This document shows positions 26,110 through 32,000 of a stretch of 32,000 nucleotides of DNA, piece after piece. Origin of the DNA: Promethearchaeota archaeon. GTDB lineage: Archaea > Asgardarchaeota > Lokiarchaeia > Sigyniarchaeales > SOKP01. Under the pieces are notes generated by a model that had not been told where the DNA came from, did not search any database, and worked only from the letters and a program-made list of their open reading frames with translations. Location of the stretch: NCBI GenBank assembly GCA_030606485.1, contig JAUWGH010000004.1, positions 180,001 to 212,000 of the forward strand, in the 5' to 3' direction. Made by a program: the position numbers and the translations under genes. Numbering within the stretch: the first letter of the stretch is position 1; every line of letters starts with the position of its first letter.

Positions 26110-26946
26110 TTAATCTTTATCCTCTTTTTCTTCTTCCTTAGAAACTTCAACAGTTTCTTCTTTAATTTCAATTTCAGTTTTTTCATCAGGTGTAGTAAGT
26201 GAGATTTCTTTAGTTTCCTCCTCATCTATCTGATCAATTAATTCTAATTCTTCTGCAGTTGGCTCCCTTTCTATTTCTTCAACTTCAAGTTCTCCCACTT
26301 TAACAACTTTTAATTTTCTTATTTCTAATTCATTATTATCCTTCTCAATAAGCTCATGATTTAGATAAAAGCCGTCGCCTTTTTTATATTCAGCCGGCAT
26401 TATTTTAACTGTTATTCCCAACACACCCGACTTTTGAATACATTGAGTCAGTCCCTTATCAACAGCTTCCAAAGCTGGTTGACCACACTTAGCCATGGTA
26501 CCGGCTCGAAATATTTGAGTTCGAGATCTTTGAGATGTAACTTTCCCAGAAACTTTAATTTCTACTCCCTTCGCACCAGCTGCCATGATTTTTCTCAGGA
26601 TATAATATGATGCACGTCTATATTGACGCCCTCTATCAAGACTAAATGCCAGTCTCTCAGCCATTATCTGTGCATTCAATTCTGGATTCGGAATTTCCTC
26701 CACCTCGATTTGCGGAAGATTTAAGTCAAATCTTTGTTGCAGCTCATCAGTCAACTCTCTTATTCGCTTACCACTTTTTCCAATAACAAGGCCTGGTCTG
26801 CTTGTTTTTAATGTGATGCGAACACCTAACGGAGTTTTTTGAATATCAACTCCACTAAATCCAGATCTATTTAATTCTTTACGAAGATATTCATTAATTT
26901 GCATCTGCTTTATTCCACGTTCTATAAAATGTCTCTTTAAAGGCAA
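26110..26946 (-). CDS. rps3: 30S ribosomal protein uS3 with acidic C-terminal extension
   Basis: KTPLGVRI..SRPGLVIGKSG, LNAQIMA, GAKGVEIKVSGK; TTG start. Confidence 0.97.
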   Translation of the reverse strand: MPLKRHFIERGIKQMQINEYLRKELNRSGFSGVDIQKTPLGVRITLKTSRPGLVIGKSGKRIRELTDELQQRFDLNLPQIEVEEIPNPELNAQIMAERLAFSLDRGRQYRRASYYILRKIMAAGAKGVEIKVSGKVTSQRSRTQIFRAGTMAKCGQPALEAVDKGLTQCIQKSGVLGITVKIMPAEYKKGDGFYLNHELIEKDNNELEIRKLKVVKVGELEVEEIEREPTAEELELIDQIDEEETKEISLTTPDEKTEIEIKEETVEVSKEEEKEDKD

Positions 26947-27012
26947 TCTCTTAACCTTGTTTATAATTTTTAATTTTGGTTATAGTTTTTAATTATATAT
27001 TTTATCCTCTAT

Positions 27013-27486
27013 TTATTCTTCAAACACAATAATTTCTATATGACTTAAATTTTTAAATCTCGGGGTAGAGCGTCCATGAGCACGTTCTATATATCGCTTT
27101 ATTTTGCGAGCACGATGAGTAACAGCATGCACAATTCTACACAACTCAACATCTAAACCTCTAAATTCCGCATTAGATTCCACGCTCGTAATAATATCAT
27201 AAATCATACTAGCTGCTTTTATAGGATATCTACCTGCATACCACTTCCACCGTTTAAGACTATTTCTATGAGCTTGCTTTTTTTTATGTCTTTTAAAAGG
27301 AACCGCTTGTTTTAATAGAATAACTTCTTCAAGGAATTTCTTTGCTTGTTCAATTCTCATACCCTTAATTGTATTACAGACTTCTCGACACATTTTGGGG
27401 GATACTCTGAGATCCCTTCCACTTGCTTTCGCAATACGGTCTTTATCTAGATTTAACGCTTCTGCAGAATATCCAAATACCGGCAT
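27013..27486 (-). CDS. rpl22: 50S ribosomal protein uL22
   Basis: RDLRVSPK, AVPFKRH, GRYPIKAA, RAHGRSTP. Confidence 0.97.
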   Translation of the reverse strand: MPVFGYSAEALNLDKDRIAKASGRDLRVSPKMCREVCNTIKGMRIEQAKKFLEEVILLKQAVPFKRHKKKQAHRNSLKRWKWYAGRYPIKAASMIYDIITSVESNAEFRGLDVELCRIVHAVTHRARKIKRYIERAHGRSTPRFKNLSHIEIIVFEE

Positions 27487-27554
27487 TTATTTAACCCATT
27501 TTATTAATTTTATATATTTTTTTATATATTTTTTCGTTCAATCTCTCAGGAAAC

Positions 27555-28103
27555 TCATTTTAAGGGGACATACTTTGAAGACCTTGTCGCTCCTATGCCC
27601 GGGCTTCCATGCGATACGTGAATTGTAGGAATTGAGAATTCCCCCAGGAAGGCCCCAATCATTTCTGGATAAATCTTATATGTGACAAACTCATGTCCGT
27701 TATAAACCCCCACAGTAAGTCCCACCATCTCAGGAAAAATTATCATATCTCTGCAGTGGGTCCTAATAATCAATTCTTTTCCTTTCTTTTTTGCTCTATA
27801 TGATCTTCTCAATCGCTCGAGAAGTTTCTTGTGTCTATTTGGAAGACCTCTTTTAAGACTTCGACGCTGTCTTGCTGGTAAAAGTTGAATAAATTCATCC
27901 ATATTCATCCTTTTTAGCTCGTCAACTGTTTTACCTCTATAAAGAAATTGTCTTTTTGCCAATTCCTCTTCTTCATCTAGTTCTTCTTCTATCTCTAGCT
28001 TATCCTCTTTAATATTACTTTCCTCTTCTTCAATCTTTTCATTATTTTCTTTAGATTCCTCTTGATCATCAACAGTTTTCTCTTGGTTTTCCGGTGGAGG
28101 CAT
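27555..28103 (-). CDS. rps19: 30S ribosomal protein uS19 with acidic N-terminal extension
   Basis: [49 protein letters not shown]. Confidence 0.97.
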   Translation of the reverse strand: MPPPENQEKTVDDQEESKENNEKIEEEESNIKEDKLEIEEELDEEEELAKRQFLYRGKTVDELKRMNMDEFIQLLPARQRRSLKRGLPNRHKKLLERLRRSYRAKKKGKELIIRTHCRDMIIFPEMVGLTVGVYNGHEFVTYKIYPEMIGAFLGEFSIPTIHVSHGSPGIGATRSSKYVPLK

Positions 28104-28322
28104 TATATCTTCAAACCTTTTTATTTTTATTTCTTATTCCAATATTTTCCTTTTTTCAGATATTGAATTCAATAAAACATAATTTAAAATTTTTTTCAAA
28201 AGTAAGCAAAATTTGTAATCAAAATTTCCTTCATTCATTGTTTATTTAATTTTCATTTCGGGTATTTCCCTAAAAAGAAGAGATAATAATTTTTATCGGT
28301 GATGTTTTTCCATAAAGTTAAT

Positions 28323-29033
28323 TTAAAAATATTGATTTGGATTGAATATCCTCTCGATATCCATCTCATCAAAATCTCCATTCCAACTTTCTCTTATTAT
28401 TACCCACTCATCCCTATTTCTATTTGGATTAATTACAGAATGTATAGTACCTATTGGAATTTCAAATTTTTTATGATCCTTTACAAAATAATGGACTTTA
28501 TTTTTATTAATTATGATTGGATTACCTCCTAAAATCTCCCAAAATTCGTTTCTTTTTTCATGTCGTTGCCATGATATGCCCATATTAGGTTTTATAAAAA
28601 TTAAATTATATTTTTCATATGTAAACTTGAAGCTGTACCATTTTGGTAATGTATCGACATATCCATCTGGGATTTTAAAAAATTTTTTGAGTTCCTCAGG
28701 ATTAATATCAACTTTATCAGAATGTTCGTATTTATATGGATCATAAATTTCTTCATCAAGAGATGGATCATGGGAGTAAGTTACAACCAAATCTGAATTA
28801 GATATATTAAAAATCATGTAGTAAGTCTTAGGGTTAATTGTTATAGTAAAATATAAAACATCTTTTACTTCAAATTTTATTAGCTCTTCTCCATTTATTA
28901 CATAACAATTAACTCCTTTTTTTTGCAAAATGTCCATTTGGAGTGTTTCAGAACCATTCTTCTTTAAAATCGAACTACATCCTCTGGAAATAGTTTTACG
29001 AAAGTTCATTTTCATAAATTTAATCAATAACAA
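28323..29033 (-). CDS. Protein with C-terminal type II phosphomannose-isomerase-like cupin
   Basis: FIKPNMGISWQRHEKRNEFW and IPIGTIHSVIN resemble the ManC C-terminal cupin. N-terminal half not recognised; start codon uncertain. Confidence 0.65.
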   Translation of the reverse strand: MLLIKFMKMNFRKTISRGCSSILKKNGSETLQMDILQKKGVNCYVINGEELIKFEVKDVLYFTITINPKTYYMIFNISNSDLVVTYSHDPSLDEEIYDPYKYEHSDKVDINPEELKKFFKIPDGYVDTLPKWYSFKFTYEKYNLIFIKPNMGISWQRHEKRNEFWEILGGNPIIINKNKVHYFVKDHKKFEIPIGTIHSVINPNRNRDEWVIIRESWNGDFDEMDIERIFNPNQYF

Positions 29034-29054
29034 TTTAATTTTTAATAGTTATTC

Positions 29055-30005
29055 TTAATTCTTTATCTTTTTAATTATTTCTTCATAATAAGGCATTGAT
29101 TTTTGGGCTCCCTTTCTTGTTACGGCAATTGAAGCGGCTGCTGTTGCAAACTTGGCTGCTTCTGATATGGTTTTTCCTTTAGAGAGAGCACTTGCTAAAC
29201 ATCCGTTGAAGCAATCGCCAGCTCCAACCGTATCGACTGCTTGCACTTTTAATGCTGGTATAATTTCAAATTTATCTTTATCCCCATAATAAATTAGAGC
29301 ACCTTTCTTTCCTAAGGTTGTAATAATTGTTTTAACACCTAATTTAGTTAAATTTTTGGACGCTTGTTTAATTTTTTCGTTATTAGAACCAGAAAGTTCT
29401 TTTTGAATTAAAAAGGAATGCAACCTTAATAATTCCCCTTCATTGGGGACGATAATATCAATTTTCTTCAGTGTATCCAATGGAATCGGCTTTAAAGGTG
29501 CTGGATTGAATATTTTAATTGATGTTCCCTGTGAAGCAATTCTGAATATTGTATCAATAGTTGCAATTGAAATTTCCATTTGAACAACAATTGCTCCAGC
29601 ATTTTTAATTATGTTAGATTTAATCCTTATCTCGTCAGGAGTTAATCTAAAGTTAGCTCCAGGAGCAACCCCAATCATATTTTGACCATTAGAATCTACC
29701 ATAATTAACGCAACTCCACTTGCTTCATTAGGATCTCTAAAAATATGACTGGTATCTATACCTTCCGCTTTTAAACGAGAGAGCATTTGGTCTCCAAACA
29801 TATCTTTCCCAATCTTTCCGATAAAGACTGTCTTTGCACCAGACCTAACTGACGCAACCGCTTGGTTTGCTCCCTTTCCACCTAAAAATTGCTTATAAAC
29901 ACCTCCAGTTACAGTTTCTCCTTGTTTAGGTAAGCGTTCTAAATAGATATTTAAATCCATATTGGAAGAGCCAATAATGAGAACGTAATTATTACTTTCA
30001 ACCAT
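29055..30005 (-). CDS. rbsK: Ribokinase (PfkB family)
   Basis: GSSNMDL, GGKGANQAVA, NPAP, PNEGE and DTVGAGDCFNG motifs. Confidence 0.93.
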   Translation of the reverse strand: MVESNNYVLIIGSSNMDLNIYLERLPKQGETVTGGVYKQFLGGKGANQAVASVRSGAKTVFIGKIGKDMFGDQMLSRLKAEGIDTSHIFRDPNEASGVALIMVDSNGQNMIGVAPGANFRLTPDEIRIKSNIIKNAGAIVVQMEISIATIDTIFRIASQGTSIKIFNPAPLKPIPLDTLKKIDIIVPNEGELLRLHSFLIQKELSGSNNEKIKQASKNLTKLGVKTIITTLGKKGALIYYGDKDKFEIIPALKVQAVDTVGAGDCFNGCLASALSKGKTISEAAKFATAAASIAVTRKGAQKSMPYYEEIIKKIKN

Positions 30006-30430
30006 AGATTTAACACATTTCTCTTATTTTCTATTCAAATAATATTTTTTCTGTATATTAAATGATAATCTTATTTTATTTCATTATTTATTCGAAATTT
30101 AGATATGGGGGTGTTTAAAATTAAAATATCTTTCAAAATTTTTGTATTATAAAAGCGACCCAAAATATTCAATAAAATACATTATTTCAAAAAGAATTAC
30201 TTAATGTTTTTTTTTAATTAATAGATATTTAAATAGATTTCATTTAAAAACATAATAAAAAGCAGTTCTAAGATTAAAATTTGACTTATAATAACATTTC
30301 CTTCTAATGTAGAAAAAATCATACCTAATACAAAATTAAATGGAAAATAGAATGGTTTTTATTTTAAAATTAAATTATCAATATTATTAACCATTAAAAA
30401 AATATAAAAACTCAAAAAAGTGATAAGAGA

Positions 30431-30760
30431 ATGGCGAAAGATAAAATAATTGGCCTTATTATAATGGTTGTTGGTGTTCTATTAGCCATTGTTTATACTT
30501 TGGGTTCTGTAGTCGATCTATACTTACAATCCAGTATTGGTGGCAATAATCCCGATGGTTTCATCATTCCGATTCCAGGTTTGATTGATTTATTCGATTG
30601 GAGATTATTCGTTGTTCTACCGCTCTGGTTGATAATAATACTTGTATCTATCATTGCAATTTGGATTGGTTGGTCAATGTTAACCACACCTGCCCCCGTT
30701 CCGCTTGAGGAATTAGAGGAAGAGCTAGAAGCGGAAGAAGCTGAAGCGGAAGAAGAGTAA
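30431..30760 (+). CDS. Small 2-TM membrane protein with acidic tail, DPM2-like
   Basis: Two TM helices, WIGWSMLTTPAPVPLEE motif and poly-Glu tail. Shows residue-level resemblance to eukaryotic DPM2 as recalled from memory. Confidence 0.55.
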   Translation: MAKDKIIGLIIMVVGVLLAIVYTLGSVVDLYLQSSIGGNNPDGFIIPIPGLIDLFDWRLFVVLPLWLIIILVSIIAIWIGWSMLTTPAPVPLEELEEELEAEEAEAEEE

Positions 30761-31219
30761 TAGAAACCAAAAGTATTATAAAAATTTTTCTTTTTTTCTT
30801 TTTTTCTTGTTTATCTTTCATTTATTTCATAACCTCATGATTTCGGAAGCAATTTTTTGAGAAATCTATATGGAAAATGAGTAAAATCGGTATCTTCTGG
30901 GTATCACCCAATGATAGCTTCTTTCCCCGTATTATTTCCCATGGACCTTAACTAACCGAGGTACGTTAATTCTATGTATGTGTGGAGTTATATTTCCACC
31001 CTTTATCAAGATTTTATTAGAAATAATTATATTATTCATTATTTTCAGTTCAATTTTAAAAATTCATTTTAAGTTCTATGGCAAGAAATTATGCAAATAA
31101 TAAGTTTAAAATACAATGATTTTAGTTATAAATTTATGAAGATTATAGTTGTAGATATTGGAGTATTGGGAACTTTATGGGCTCAGAACATCCAAAATCT
31201 TAAAATGTATAAAAAAATA

Positions 31220-31225
31220 GGAGGT
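31220..31225 (+). promoter_or_regulatory. Shine-Dalgarno site of the terminal CDS
   Basis: GGAGGT 10 nt before ATG 31236. Confidence 0.65.
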
Positions 31226-31235
31226 ATTTGTTAAA

Positions 31236-32000
31236 ATGAATGATCTTCGAAGTAAATTGAAAATTTCTGAAGAGGCATTAAAAGCCCTAAATGATTTTCT
31301 TCTGGATAAGGATAATCTTATTATTAACGACCTTTTTAAAATTATAGACAAGTATGGTGGGGTTGAAGAGATTAACAAAAAGGCGGAAGAGGCGGGAAAG
31401 TTGGACAATTTAATTCAACAGTTAGAAAAGAAAAATCCATCATATGTAAAAAATATCGATTGGTTAATTGAGCAACGTGATAAACAAGCTTTTATTAGTA
31501 TTCGCGAGTATCGACGGAAGATTCTTGGTGATAAAGCTGAAAAGATGGACTTTGACGATACTTTTGCGGTAACTTTAGAGTTATCTGCATGTCAGTATTT
31601 TCCATTTTTAGTTGATATTATAAAACGAGCTATTGAGCATAAATTATTAGTACCTGGTCGAATAATTCGCGTTAGAAAAATGAAAGAGCAGGAAGAAGAT
31701 GGGGATCTTTTGGCTATGGCTGCTGCTATGCAAATTATTGGTGCATCATATGTAGAGACACTTGATACTAAGGGTACAGCTCCAGGTCCTGATGGACTTC
31801 CTGTAAATGTTCATCTTGGTGGTCCTGAAACCATTACCGGTTATTTCGGAGGCGTTGGTCAACCAAATGACTTTGCCTTGAAATGGGTTGATGAGTATCT
31901 CTACTATTATACAAATTATGGTATTAAACAAGTTCTCAACGTAAATCCCGGCACAGTTCTTCTTGGTTATTTTCTTTACAAACTGGGAATTAATAATGAA
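31236..32000 (+). CDS. Conserved-looking hypothetical protein, truncated by window edge (not in ORF track)
   Basis: Open frame of 255 codons from ATG 31236 to the window end (MNDLRSKLKISEE...ETLDTKGT...HLGGPETITGYFGGVGQPN...), with a strong SD. Confidence 0.85.
   Translation, partial: MNDLRSKLKISEEALKALNDFLLDKDNLIINDLFKIIDKYGGVEEINKKAEEAGKLDNLIQQLEKKNPSYVKNIDWLIEQRDKQAFISIREYRRKILGDKAEKMDFDDTFAVTLELSACQYFPFLVDIIKRAIEHKLLVPGRIIRVRKMKEQEEDGDLLAMAAAMQIIGASYVETLDTKGTAPGPDGLPVNVHLGGPETITGYFGGVGQPNDFALKWVDEYLYYYTNYGIKQVLNVNPGTVLLGYFLYKLGINNE

Noticed and set aside
16844-27557. TGA-terminated genes (methyltransferase, uL15, uL14, Rpp29, uS19) as Sec read-through candidates
   Set aside because: Each protein is already complete at the TGA; these are ordinary stops.
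30810-30942. Minus-strand frame MGNNTGKEAIIG*YPED... with two in-frame TGA, as a possible selenoprotein
   Set aside because: No CxxU/UxxC or recognisable selenoprotein context, and no convincing SECIS nearby.
1177-31931. Antisense or overlapping ORFs in the track (e.g. 1177-1482, 2524-2799, 7833-8135, 8203-8412, 11359-11700, 12396-12581, 12864-13154, 13560-13883, 14050-14259, 14947-15180, 15750-15986, 23132-23371, 24495-24695, 24729-24932, 24963-25244, 25468-25677, 27395-27628, 28299-28532, 28513-28746, 30493-30687, 31175-31408, 31746-31931)
   Set aside because: Shadow frames overlapping well-supported genes, with F/S/L/I-rich composition and no motifs.
1-32000. CRISPR arrays, IS elements, rRNA genes
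   Set aside because: No regularly spaced repeats, transposase motifs or rRNA-like GC-rich tracts found on reading.

Overview
Strongly AT-rich archaeal DNA, most consistent with an Asgard archaeon of the Lokiarchaeia/Promethearchaeia type. The indicators are a Loki-CTERM-like sorting tail, roadblock and longin-like proteins, a tailed histone, archaeal r-protein order and an archaeal/eukaryotic-type selenocysteine machinery; the taxonomy is inferred, not proven. The right half holds a trimmed S10-spc ribosomal protein cluster (uS19 to uL15, 18409-28103). The left half holds a Sec module (tRNA-Sec immediately upstream of SepSecS, SelB 3.3 kb away), an atypical histone, a six-gene run (two coiled-coil paralogues, a longin-like protein, SAM hydrolase, Nudix-NMNAT fusion, RtcA), CoA-metabolism genes and a probable cobalamin-uptake pair. 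Two intron-containing tRNA genes, which the ORF track cannot show, were folded by hand. One is a 9/4 tRNA-Sec(UCA) with a 24-nt 37/38 intron (9902-10018, minus). The other is the most unusual element in the window: a tRNA-Ile with a UAU anticodon, two BHB-flanked introns (37/38 and 59/60), an A54/G60 T-loop and an acceptor stem resembling eukaryotic tRNA-Ile(UAU) (6808-6966, plus). Also missing from the track are uS14, the eS4 N-terminus (apparent ATA start), a 44-aa membrane ORF and a truncated CDS at the right edge. A DPM2-like small membrane protein lies at 30431-30760. No CRISPR array, transposase, rRNA or convincing selenoprotein gene was seen. All family calls come from motif recognition by eye; no searches were run.
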